Of a DNA stretch of 64,000 bases, positions 11,995 to 22,915 are shown piece after piece (the first letter of the stretch is position 1; each line of letters begins with the position of its first letter). Location: contig QPMI01000444.1 in assembly GCA_004431415.1 (NCBI GenBank), positions 1-64,000 of the forward strand, written 5' to 3'. The notes under the pieces were generated by a model. That model had not been told where the DNA came from and ran no database searches. It saw only the letters and a program-made list of their open reading frames with translations. The position numbers and the translations under genes are program-made. The DNA is from Cyanophora paradoxa CCMP329 (lineage: Eukaryota > Plantae > Glaucophyta).

Positions 11995-14900
11995 ATGATG
12001 TTGCTCGTTGCATTCGCTCATCTTGCATCGGGAGCCTCGACGCTCTACGCCCTGCGGACCTCGGGCTCGCTGCGCTTCGACGTGAGTACGCTTAGGCTCG
12101 CGGGACGCGCCCCCGCAGACGCCGTGCCCGCAGATCACGTTCGCGCCGCATCCAGATGTGACGCGCTTCTCGATTTACCCCGTTGCGCCTCCCTCCCTCG
12201 CCAGCAAACGCGGGCTCCGAACTAATCCGAGCCGGCGCCTCGAGCCCCGAGGCCCGGGGCGCGCGCCTGGGGCTGACCGGGGCCCCCGCAGCGATACGTC
12301 GGCGCGTGGCCCGAAGGGAGCGTGCGGGGCGACCCCGCCATCGTGCGCCGCGCCCGGTGCGAGCGGCCTTCAGACCTGACCCAGCGAGGCTCCGCGCAGG
12401 CTTCGTTCTACGCGCTGACGGTCGCCGGCGTGCCGGGCGGGAGCGGGCGCAAGACCTTCCAGCTCGATAACATGCCCGTGCGGCCCCGGCCCGGCGCGGC
12501 CCCGCCACGCGCGCCCCGGCAGACGACCCTCACCGGCAGATCGGGCTCTACAACTTCTCGGCGAGCGACGCCCGCATTTCATTCCTCGCGGGGCCCCAAA
12601 TCGTCCTCTGGACCCGTGCTTGATCCCCGCCCGCTCCGCTTCGGCTCTCCGCTGCGGCCTGATCGCGCGGGCAGCGGAGGACTGCGCCGCGACGCGGCTC
12701 CCCTGCACGAGCGCGGGCGTCACGTACCCCTCCGGCGCCGCGATCTCCGAGCCGCCGGAGAACGGCGTCGCCATCTGTAAGTCGCTCTCCCCCCTCCTCC
12801 CCCTTCGGGTCTGAGCGCTCGGGCGGGCAGCGCTGCAGGCGACGCGGCAGGGGCCCAACTCGCAGACGGTCCTCCAGCCGGCCCTCGCCTCGGGCTCGGG
12901 AACCACGAGCACCGGCGGCGGCAGCAGCAACCCGGGCCCGCCCGGCTCCATCCGGGGCGACCTGCTGGTGCGCGCGAGCCCGCCGGCGAGCGCCGACCGC
13001 GGCCGGCGGCGCCTAAAACGGGGCGGGGCGGGGCCAGCCGGTGGCGGTGGGGGCCGGCCTCGGCGGCCTCGCGGTCCTCATCGCCGCCATCATCCTCGCG
13101 TGGCGCGCCCCGCCGGCTCTCCCGCCCCGCCGGCCCGCCGGCCCGCCCCGGCCGACGCGGCGGGGCGGGGCGGGGCGCAGGGTCCTGCTGCGCCGCTCCA
13201 GGAGGGCACGCGCCACAGCCCCCGACGACCCCCGTCCGCCCCGCCGGCCCCTTGAGCGCCGCCTCGCCCCTCACGCCCCGGCCGCTGCAGCGGGGCCCAA
13301 GCCGGTGGACCGCCACCTCGACAGCTGTGCGGTCCCGTACCCCCCTCTCCTCCGTCCCGGCCCCCCCGACGCGCGCGGCAGCGGCGCCCAACCCCGGTGC
13401 CTTCATGGCGATGCACCCCGCCTCGTCCCTGCCCCTCTCCGCCCTCGCCGAGCGCTCCGGCTTCCCCAGGCGGGCGTACCGCCCTCCCGTCCGCCCGGCG
13501 CCGGCCCCTGAGCGGCCAGCAGCTCGGTCTGCGTGGCGTGTGGCGGGGGCGGGGGCCCCCTCCCACCCGACGAGAACGCCGAGAGCGCCGCCTGCGCCGC
13601 CTGCCGCGTACCCCTCGCCGTCCAGAGGCGCTTCTACCCCCTCGCCCGCGTCGGCGGCGGCGAGTTCGGCACAGTCTTCGTCCGTGACCCCGCTCCGCGC
13701 CGCGATGTGCCGCGTACCCCCGCCTTCACTGATTTCGCGTACCCGGCAGCTCGCGGTCGACCTGCACTCCCCGTCGAGCAAGCGCTGCCTCGTGAAGAAG
13801 GTGGGAGAAGAGAGATTGTCCCCCGCCCCTCCGCATCCGGTTCGAATCCGCGCGGGGACAGTTTTCGTACTTCAGCCGGAACAGCAACGACCACCTCATC
13901 GCCAAGGCCGCCGAGCTGTTCCTCGAGGAGGCGAGCCGAATCGCTGTACCCCGGGCTCTTTTGTTCCCCCAGCTCACGGGTACCCCCTCAGGGCCGCGTG
14001 CTGGAGCAGCTCGCCCACCCGCGCATCCCGAAGCTCCTCGGCTCCTTCCAGTGGCGGGTTCGAATCCCCGAATGTGCCCTTGCTCCCCGCCCGCGGCTCG
14101 GCCGACGCGTTTCCCTCCTTCGACTACCCAGGGAGACCTTTTCCACGTGATGGATTTCGTGCGCGCGACCTTCGAAGTCGCTGTTTTTTGGGCCCTCCAG
14201 CGAGCCGCGCCGGCAGGTGCCCGGGCGGGACCTGCAGCGGGCCTTGCGCGAGTCCTCGGGACCCTTCCCCGAGGCCGAGGTGCTCTACCCCCTCCTCTCT
14301 TGCCCCCCCCCCGGTCGAGCGGGAACGGGGGTACAGGTGCTGCGGCTCCTGGACGACCTGCTGGGGGCCCTCGAGTACGTCCACGCCACTCGCGTCCTGC
14401 ACCGCGACGTGCGCTCTTGTGCTGTACCCCCCCTCCAGATTCCCCCACCCCTTTCGCTGATCCCGTGCACGTGACCGGCAGGTCAAGCCCTCGAACATCA
14501 TCGCTGGGGACGACGGTGCGAGGCCGTACCCCCGCGAGCCATCCCCGTACCCCTTCCTCGACCGGCCCGGCAGGGTACTACTACCTGGTGGACTTCGGCC
14601 TCTCGGCGACCGTTCGCCCGGACTGGCAGCAGGCGACTCAGATAGGGACGTACGCCTACGCCGACCCCGAGCAGGCGGGCGCCCCTGTACCCCCCACGGC
14701 TTCTCGCGCCTCTGATCGCGGCGGCGCGGAGCAGCGCCGGGGGTACCCGACGGAGTCGTCGGACCTGTTTAGTCTGGCGGCGACGTGCGTGGAGCTGCTC
14801 ACGCGCGCACTCCCGACGAGCGAGTACTTCGTCGACTGGCGACCCAGTGCGCCGCTCCGCGCCCCGTCCGCGCTAGCTAGCTGCGGCCGACGCCCGCCTC

Positions 14901-15380
14901 CGACGCGCGCGCAGCGGCGCAGCTGTCGATCGGGGCGCCTCTGGCGGGGGCCCTGGAGCGAATGCTGGCCCGGGCCCCCGCCGCCCGCTTTGAGTCGGCG
15001 GCCGCCGCCCGCCGCGCCCTCGCCCCCGCCCTCGAGCGCCTGGGCCCCCGCGCCCCGAACCCCAAGGCCCTTCTCGGGCCCCTCAGCTCCAACGCCGACT
15101 CCAGCTCCCAGGCGCGCACGCGTACCTCCACCCCCCACGCTCGCCGACGCCCTCGAAATTTGAATTAATATTTAAAACCTCGGACCGGCATGCGCAGGTG
15201 CTGGTGGAGGAGCTGAGCGGCGAGCTGGCCTTTCGGGCCGGCGGCGACCCCACGAGCTCGGCCCCCATCTACATCCTCCCGTCCGCCTCCGGATCCGCAC
15301 CCGGCGCGCCTGCGCCCCCTCGTGGCGCTGCCGAGGGGTGGGGGCCCGCGCCCGCGAAGGCCCGCCTCGCTCAATCATGA
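11995..15380 (+). CDS. Multi-exon single-pass receptor-like Ser/Thr kinase: signal peptide, ectodomain, TM, CxxC..CxxC zinc ribbon, bacterial/cyanobacterial Pkn2-like kinase domain
   Basis: Signal-like MMLLVAFAHLASG; TM VAVGAGLGGLAVLIAAIILAWVLLRR (about 13040-13200); CVAC..ENAESAACAACRVPL; kinase VGGGEFGTVFLAVD, RCLVKK, AAELFLEEGRVLEQLAHPRIPKLL, HRDVKPSN, LVDFG, GTYAYADPEQ, SDLFSLAATCVELLT; stop at 15380. Confidence 0.88.
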
Positions 15381-15656
15381 GCGCGTGTCCTTCTAGATCT
15401 ATATATGGCCAATTCGAATTCGAATTCGAGGCGTGAGGTTGCCTATGGTACCGGTTGGGCCGAATTGACCCGTACGCGAATTCGAACCTTGAGCGGCCAT
15501 CGCTTCGTCCCCGCGGCGCCATCCATTCGACATTAAGCTTTCAGCCGCAGCTAGCATTGCGCCGCGGCTGGATCGGCGACTCTCTGTTCGAATATCAAAT
15601 AGTACACACTCTACACGACATCTACGCCTACCGACGCGCGCCAGGCGGAAAGGGCC

Positions 15657-16160
15657 TACGAGCTCCTGCTCATCCCAAGGCCCCCCCTAACCAGTTGCTG
15701 CCGCCGCGCTCCGCTGGAACCGCGGCGCCGGGCGCCGCGCTCCGCGCCCGGATAGCCGCACTCAAGGTCGATGCCGAACTCCAGGTAGCGCGTACCCCCG
15801 ACTGGCGGGGGGGGGGAGAGAGAAAGGCAGCGACGTCAGGGCAGGAAGGTGGGAGCGGTCCGGGGGCGGCGGGGCGGGGGCGGCGGACTCTTGGTGAGCT
15901 CGGGGTCCTCCAGGGCCGCCACCAGCGTCGAGGCGTTCGCCGAGAGCCCGTGGATCAGCCGCGCGCCTGCAGCCCAGAGGCTTCAGCCGGTGGCGCGGCG
16001 CGGCGCGGCGGGGAGGGCGAGACGGGAGAGGCGCACTGTAGTACCTGGGGCGAAGGAGGGGGGGGAGGGCATACGTGTAGTGTGTGCTGTACATGTACCC
16101 ATAGACGCGTGTCACAGGCCGTGTTTGTTCAATTGCATTGCGCCGCTATCGAGAGCCCGC
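15657..16160 (-). CDS. Possible small spliced gene or gene fragment, hypothetical
   Basis: Frame-preserving splice pattern, including an 8-nt exon GTACTACA near 16036-16043, gives ..YYSARLIHGLSANASTLVAALEDPELTKIGGTRYLEFGIDLECGYP..; no clear start codon and no recognised domain. Confidence 0.3.
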
Positions 16161-16237
16161 GCGGCGACGTTTTGGCGGCGGACGGGACGCTCGGAAGACA
16201 GCGCTAGCCAGCGGGCAGCGCAAAGAGCAAGCGCGCG

Positions 16238-17384
16238 ATGGCGGAGACGGATCCGATGTACATCCCCGTGGACCTGGGGAACATGGTGTCGGCGGCCATC
16301 CTGGGCGTCTCCGTCCTGTTCGACAGCTTATCCATCGGGGGCCAGTCGCGCGGACTAAGCTTCAAAGTGCGCTGTGGTGTTTGAGCGTGTTGCTCATCGC
16401 TGTGCCGACTCTTCTGGCTCGCTGGCTTACACGTGCACGCACTGCGCGGCACCGCGCAGAGCGGGACCCACTCAAGCGACAGCACCGACGAGCCAGTGAA
16501 GCCCGACGCGTCGCCCGGTCTTCATCTCAGCTCTAATGACGAGAGCGAAGCGCGTCCAACCCCCCCGCTTCGCAACAGCCGCGCGCGTGGCCTGACCTTT
16601 TGGCTCATCAGGCGTCATCGGGGACGCACACCCCAGTGCGCCTCCCATCTCGCAACCCGTCGTTCTTCGAGGTGCGCTCGTGGTTGAAAGCGCCGTACGG
16701 GCCCACCGACGCCCGCCCCGCCGCAGGAGGAGCACGGAGCGGAGCAGTCGGAGGCGAAGACGCCGGACCTCGAGCGGACCCGGCCCGGCACCGAGCCGGG
16801 CGCAGCCTCCCCGGTGCGGGCCACGCTCCGCACTCTTAGCCGCACAGGGACGCCGACTCATCGCGCGCAGGACGCGTACGCGGGCGACGAAGAGGGCGGC
16901 GCCGTGAAGGATTCCGCCGCGGACGGCGAGGCGCCGGCCGAGGTCGAGGGCGCCCCGCCTCCGCCAGCGGAGCCCGTCCCCGTTTGGGCGGCGGAAGCGG
17001 CCGGAGGGGGCCCTGTCGAGGGCGAGGCCGCGGCGGGCCCGTCCGCGCAGGGAGGCGCCCCGGATAGGGCGCTGCCGGGGTACGCGGAGGTGCCCGAGGG
17101 GGGCGGGGCGGGCCTCCTCGGGTCCCTCGTGGAGGCATCGATCGAGGCCGCGGTGAGCGCGCGGCGCGCCCCGCCCGCGCCCCCCGCGCGTCTGAATCGG
17201 GGTACAGGGATCGGGGCACTCGGCCGGGGCGGGGGCGGGGGCGGGGGCGGGGCGAGAGGAGAGCGGCCGGCTGGCGGCCTCGGCCTCGGCCTCAGCCTCG
17301 GAGTCGCATTTCTCCCTCGTCGTGGGCCCGCAGCTCCCTGCAGCGACGGCGTCCCACGCAGCAGCTGCGGCAGCCTCTTCACAC

Positions 17385-17416
<32 letters not shown>

Positions 17417-18171
17417 TTCGGACGGGGCGCCGGTGTACGGCGCCGCGTGGGAGGGCTCCGGCGGCGCCCGGCCGCACCTCGTCGAGCCGGCGGTCGCGGC
17501 GGCTGTGGCGGCTACTTCGGCGGGGAGCTCGGGAGGCTTTGAATTCGCAGGCTCGTCCGCGAGCGGCGCCCGCGCGCCGTCTGTCAACGGATCGGCGGCG
17601 GCAGCAGCAGAAGCAGCGGCGAATCGGGGCTATGAGGGTGCTCAAGCGGGGACGGCGGCGGCGGGGCGGGCGGGGGCGGGCCCGGCCTCGCCCCCGGCCT
17701 CGCCCCCGGGGGAGGCCTGGGACTCCGGGAGCGAGGCGGACTTCGACGCCGACGGCGGCGAGTTCAGCGGGCCCTCCGCCCCCTCCGCCCACATCGGCCG
17801 CGACCAGCTGCCCCTCTGGCGGCCCGTCCAGGAGCGCGAGGTCCGTACCCCCCTCTCCCCCCCCCTTCCCCGCTGAGGGCGGGCAGGTGGACCTGGACGC
17901 GATCCGGGCGGCGCTGGCGGCGGGGAGCCTCCCGACGGACTTCCGGGGCCCCTTCGCCTACTCGGGGCCGGCCCTCGCCCCGGGCCTCGAGCTCGCCGCC
18001 GTCGGCTTCGGGCTCCACCCCTGCGCCTGCGCCTGCGCCTGCCCCGCCGCCCCGGCCCCGGCCCCGGCCCCGGCCTCCGCCTCCGCCTCGGCCTTCGCCG
18101 CGGCCGAAGCGGAGGAGGCCGAGGACGCCGCCTTCGGGTCCCTCGCCGACGCCGACCTCCCCCTCCTCTGA
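16238..18171 (+). CDS. Multi-exon hypothetical protein, Ala/Gly/Glu-rich low complexity
   Basis: ATG 16238 MAETDPMYIPVDLGNMVSAAILGVSVLF; typical short introns; last exon QVDLDAIRAALAAG..DADLPLL* ends 18171. Confidence 0.6.
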
Positions 18172-18252
18172 TTCCAGCTTTTCCGACTTTTTTTAGCGAC
18201 TTTTTCGGATCCCGGCTCTCAGGCTTCGAGCCGGCGTGTAATTTGGACACAG

Positions 18253-18517
18253 TCCTTTTTCTCATTTGCACAGGTTGTGCGCGCGTAGGAGCGCTCTGTT
18301 CAATCAGCCGCAGGACATTTCTTTTCAATCCCTAGGCCTTCGTGCCGCGTGCCGCTTAACTTAGTAAGCTTTTTCCGTAGCCCTATAGCTATGCGTTCGA
18401 AAATCGTCATATGCTCGATCTAGACGTCCTTTTTTCTTATTTGCACAGGTTGTGTGCGCGTGCAGCCGCTCGCTTCAATCAGCTTCAGGCCAGTTTTTTT
18501 CAATCCCCAGGTTTTCG
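18253..18517. repeat. Two diverged direct copies (about 88 bp) of TCCTTTTTCTYATTTGCACAGGTTGTG..TTCAATCAGC..TTTTCAATCCCYAGG
   Basis: Copies at about 18253-18340 and 18427-18517. Confidence 0.75.
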
Positions 18518-18775
18518 AATTCCTGCCTCTTTCCTCCTCATGATCAGCAGTTTCCCCCTTCCTTCAAGGGGCTTGTCCGTGTTTCAGAGTCCGACGATTG
18601 CCTCGCGCAGGAGTTCGATATTCGTAGTATTAATATTAGTGCAGTCACGGATACGGCGAAAGACGCGCTTCGCCCCCATTCAATGATTTTATGATCAGGC
18701 TCCTCTATCATGTTTAAACTAGCAGACCGCGCCCGGGCCTGTGCAAGTGCGGCAAGTGCGGGCCGCGCGCGGAGG

Positions 18776-20229
18776 TGCAAGGGGGGGTACTTGTACATAT
18801 TGCAGGGTACTTGGGGGGGGGGAGGGGGGAGGGGGGGCAGAAATCTAGAGGCAGGGCGGGCGGCCGGGGGAGGCGACCGGGGTGGCGAGGCGGCCGGGTG
18901 GGGCCCGGGGTGGCGAGGCGGGCGGTTGGGGTGCCGAGGCGGCCGGGTGGGGTGGCGAGGCGGGCGGCGGCACCAGGCTGGCGGGCAGGCGAGGGCGGCG
19001 GGGGGCGGGGAAGCGGGAGGACAGACAGGTGGCGCCGGGCCCTGCGCATAGCCTGCACATACGCAGATCCGAGGCGTCAGCTCGCCCCGGACAGCGGCCG
19101 TGCGGGGGCGGGGCCCAGCGGTGGCGGTTGGGTGATCGAGATGCGCAGCAGCAGCCTGGCAGCGGCGGGGCGAACCTGTAGCCGACAAAGCTGAGGCAGC
19201 CGGCGGGGAAACCGGCGGAGCGACAGGTGGCCAGGCACTGCGCACAGCCTGCGCAGGGCCGAGGCGTCAGCTCGCGCCAGACAGCGGTGGCGGGGCCAAG
19301 CGGTGGCGGCAGGGTGAGGTGCGCAGCATTAGCGGCGCGGCGACCAGCGGCGGCGGCCGGGCGAGATGCACAGCAGCAGCGGCCGCGGCGGGGCGAACCT
19401 GGAGTCGACGAAGCTGAGGCAGCGGGCGGGGCGGCGGGCGGGGGGGCGGCGGAGCGGAGCTGCGCATAGCATACGCAGATCTACAGCCGCGGCCGAGGCG
19501 CGCATGCGCGCTGGCTACTTGCTCACCGGCATGACAGCAAGTAGCTTGAACCGGAGTCCGTCAGAAACCGAGAGCGTATTCGTAGAGCGAGAGAGAACGC
19601 GGCGTCGCTGGCGCCTTCATCCTGCACGGTGCTTCGGGCAACACAAGTGCTGCACGGGCGCCCCCGGCCCGGCGCGGACGTGGTCACGGGCGCTTCGGCT
19701 GCTTGAAGTGCTTCCCGCATCATTGTGAACAAGGTTGCGAACCATTCGGAGAGATCAACATCGCTTGCTGTTATGCGCCATGGCGGCCAACGCTGTTGTA
19801 CACAGCAAGCGGCGTCCATTCCCCCCTGCTCCATTCCCCCCAAGCAGCGTACGGGTACTGCAACACGATAGACGCCAAACTCTCAGGAGCGCTTTTTTCC
19901 GGCGCCCGGTACAACAGGTACTTGAGGCGGTCTAGCGCGCCACACGCCGCTTCTCGAGCCCGGGCATGTATGACACAGTTTGTAGAGCGCATCGAGAGCA
20001 ATCAGGAGCACGTGGTCCGGCGCGTATAGCAATAGCAGGTGAGGCGCGACCTCGACATGTTTGCGCAGCCCCGCCCTTTCATTTTTTTCCGCCGCTCGCA
20101 GCGGCTACGATGCGATTACGCCTATACGAGAGTGCATGCAAAGAATCGCATCTTACAAAAATTGCTAACACAGAAAGTACGCCGCACCAACTCACCAGGG
20201 GAGCAAGGGAGGGGGTACCCCCCCTTGCA
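18776..20229. mobile_element. Candidate non-autonomous element bounded by perfect 15-bp inverted repeats
   Basis: TGCAAGGGGGGGTAC at 18776-18790 and its exact reverse complement GTACCCCCCCTTGCA at 20215-20229; internal 21-bp and about 200-bp repeats; no TSD or transposase recognised. Confidence 0.3.
18878..19480. repeat. Short tandem repeat GGGGTGGCGAGGCGG (about 4 copies, 18878-18968) followed by a diverged repeat of about 200 bp (about 19025-19210 and 19222-19440, partial third copy)
   Basis: Repeated blocks GACAGGTGGC..CGAGGCGTCAGCTCGC..GCAGCAGC..GCGGGGCGAACCTG..AAGCTGAGGCAGC. Confidence 0.75.
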
Positions 20230-20355
20230 ATTTAGATGCTCGATCGAGCTGCGCGCCGCGCCGGCGCCGGGCGCCGCATACGCTTGCATGCCGCATGCAG
20301 TGCTCCATTCATGAGTCACGAGCGCTAGTATTTTACGTACTATAGCTAGTGCTAG

Positions 20356-22808
20356 ATGAGTACCTGCGCGCAAGCCGGCGCCAATTAAGCTTTGAAGATG
20401 AGCCGCTGAGCGCCCGGCCTGCGGCAACGCGTACGCGTATCCCCCAAGGCTTTCACCCCCCCCCACTTTCTCCCAGATCGCGCGCGCTCCCGCTCGCGCA
20501 GCCACTTGTACGTATACGCTCAATTCTTTGAAGCGCATTTCGACCCTGCGCATCTTCCGCCACGCGATGCCACTCGTAATCTCGTTCGGCGGCGGTCTCG
20601 AGCAGCTCTTAGGCTCGCACTTTTCTCCTGGTAGTATAGATCTAGAAGTCAAAAATCCGTACGTCCCGATCGCCTCGGACGGCCCATGGACGCCGGACGA
20701 CGAAAACCGGTTCACCAGAGCCCAAATCGAAACCGGAGACCACAGCAACGAATGTGCGCGGTCGTTGATTCTTAAGAACTCTCTGAGATGGATTCTCACG
20801 TCCGCGCAGGGGAGAACTGGCCTTTGTTGCGAGTTTCCGCTCACGTTCAGAAGGCTCAGCAAATGTACATGTGGTTCTGGCGCCGGCGATCTGTAGAGCA
20901 CGGCTTCACGATGCTTATGCATATGCAAGCGCAGGGCAATCAAAGCCTGGGCTCGCCCGATCGGGTCGCCCGAGCGCATCGAACAGGCGCAACAGGCTCT
21001 GAAGATCTGCCCTTACAGCACGGAGGCTTTCTACCTTCTGGGAGTAGAGGCGAAGACTCGCGAGGTGCTCTTGCAAGCGCACCGCACGCCTTGAATCCCA
21101 TGCGCCTCGCTGACTCCGGATCCGCGCATGCGCAGGAGGCGCTGCGCTGGTTCGAGAAGGGCATTGAGGCGGGCCCTCTCGTCGTCGGCGCGGCTGAGTT
21201 TGAAGAGGCACGCCGGAAAGGGGACACCTGGAAGCGATTCGCGATGCGCACCTTTTACCGGGTCCGCCGCCCTTCTGTGACTCCCTAACTATCGCTATAT
21301 CTGAGCGGCATGCACGCGCAGTGCCTGTTCGGGGCGGCGAACGTGCTGCGCAAGATGGGGCGTTACGAGGAAGCGTACACAAGATACAAGGAGCTCCTTC
21401 AATTCGACTCGCACACGTCCGCTGCTCTCTCACCGAGGCCCGCCATGTGCCGCCGCGCCTGATCTTACGCATGCGCAGGTACGCCTGGACCACGTGGATC
21501 AACCCGTACCCCAGCCTCATCGAGTGCCTGCTGGGCCTCGGAAAGTGGGGCGAGGCGGCAGCGTACCTCTACTCCCTGGACCCCGAGATACTGGATCTCG
21601 CGTCGAAGCCGTCGACATACCTCACCTGGGCCTACACCCGCATCCTCGTCGCCCTCAAGGCGCGCCGCCAAAAGCCCATAAATTTCCTTTCTCCGCCCCT
21701 TTCTGAGCGGCGCTGCAGCTGGGGAGGGCCCCGGAGATCCCGGAGCAGCCCCCGGTGCTGCACATCCTGCTGACGACCTGGTGGGAGGGCGTCTGCCCTG
21801 CCTGCGCGGACACAAAGCCGCAGCCTCCCAGACGACAGGAGGTCGCCCGGGGCCACTCCTGCGAGACGGACCCCGTCCTCGCCCTCCTGCAGGGGAAACC
21901 CGTGCCCGCGGGGCGGGACCCCTCCACGCAGGGGCCCGTTTCGTCCGTCGCCGCCCGCAGCTACGTCCGCGAGTTCGGCAAGCACTGGCGCGGTGCGCGG
22001 CCCCGCATCCCGGCCTCTGCGCGGCCCGCGGCTTCTCTGACGCCAACTGCAGCGGAGCCGGAGGCGCTCGTCAAGCTGATCGAGATGGACAGGACCGTCC
22101 GGAGCCGCTGCGGGGGGTCGGGACCCCGCCGCGAGTGCCCCATTCAGGTCCGCTGCCGCTTACCGTGCCCCCTTCCCCTCCCCCTCCTCCCCTCCCCTCC
22201 CCTCCCCTCTTCCACCCCCTCCCCCCTCCCCCCCTCCTCCTCCCCCCCCCCCCCGCCCCTCCCCTCCCCCGCCCGGTCGCCGACTGATGCCGGGCGGCAG
22301 GTGATCAGGGACCTGGGGTGCCCTTGCTGCGGCTTCGGGGAGCACGCCGAGAAGAAGAAGGGCGCGAGCTCGAAGAAAGGGAAGCCCAAGACGGCGGCGG
22401 CGGCGGCGGGACCCTCGCGCCCCGCGCACGCGCGGCGCACGGCCGAGAACGAGCCCTCGAACACGCGCGCCTGCGACGCCTGCGGCAGCCTGGACGACGG
22501 CGCCGGCCTCCTGTTGTCCGCCCCCACGCACCCTAGGCCTTTGGTCCCTCCGCTGGTATTTACAGAGCGGCGGCAGGTGCTCCGCGTGCCGCCAGGCGCG
22601 CTACTGCGGCGCGGGGTGCCAGCGCGCGCACTGGCCCGCCCACAAGGTGCCCCTTCGAGCTCGGCTCCGAATCTCCCGCCCGCCCGCCCTCCCCGCCGAC
22701 GTCGCCACCCCGCGGCAGGCGGCGTGCAAGGCGGCCGCGCAGCGCGCCTCTGCGGCCGCGCGCGGCGACCCGGAGTCCGCTGACCTCGCAATGCACGACG
22801 TCGACTGA
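20356..22808 (+). CDS. Multi-exon ST7-like TPR protein with C-terminal MYND zinc finger (5' end uncertain)
   Basis: Spliced AIKAWARPIGSPERIEQAQQALKICPYSTEAFYLLG..EALRWFEKGIEAG..RTFYRCLFGAANVLRKMGRYEEAYTRYKELL (TPR/ST7-like); MYND [31 protein letters not shown]; TGA 22806-22808. Confidence 0.8.
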
Positions 22809-22915
22809 CCCGGCCCTTCCGCGCCCCCCCCCCCCCCCCGACCTCCCTTCCCCTCTAATAGATGCAGTTCTGCAGTTCGATCTGCAGTTCGGGAACTCTG
22901 AAGCAGAGGCTAGTA

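Noticed and set aside
1-15380. Bacterial contaminant or operon as the explanation for the bacterial-type kinases
   Set aside because: Both genes are interrupted by many spliceosomal introns of the same style as the neighbouring kinesin, SAP30 and F-box genes
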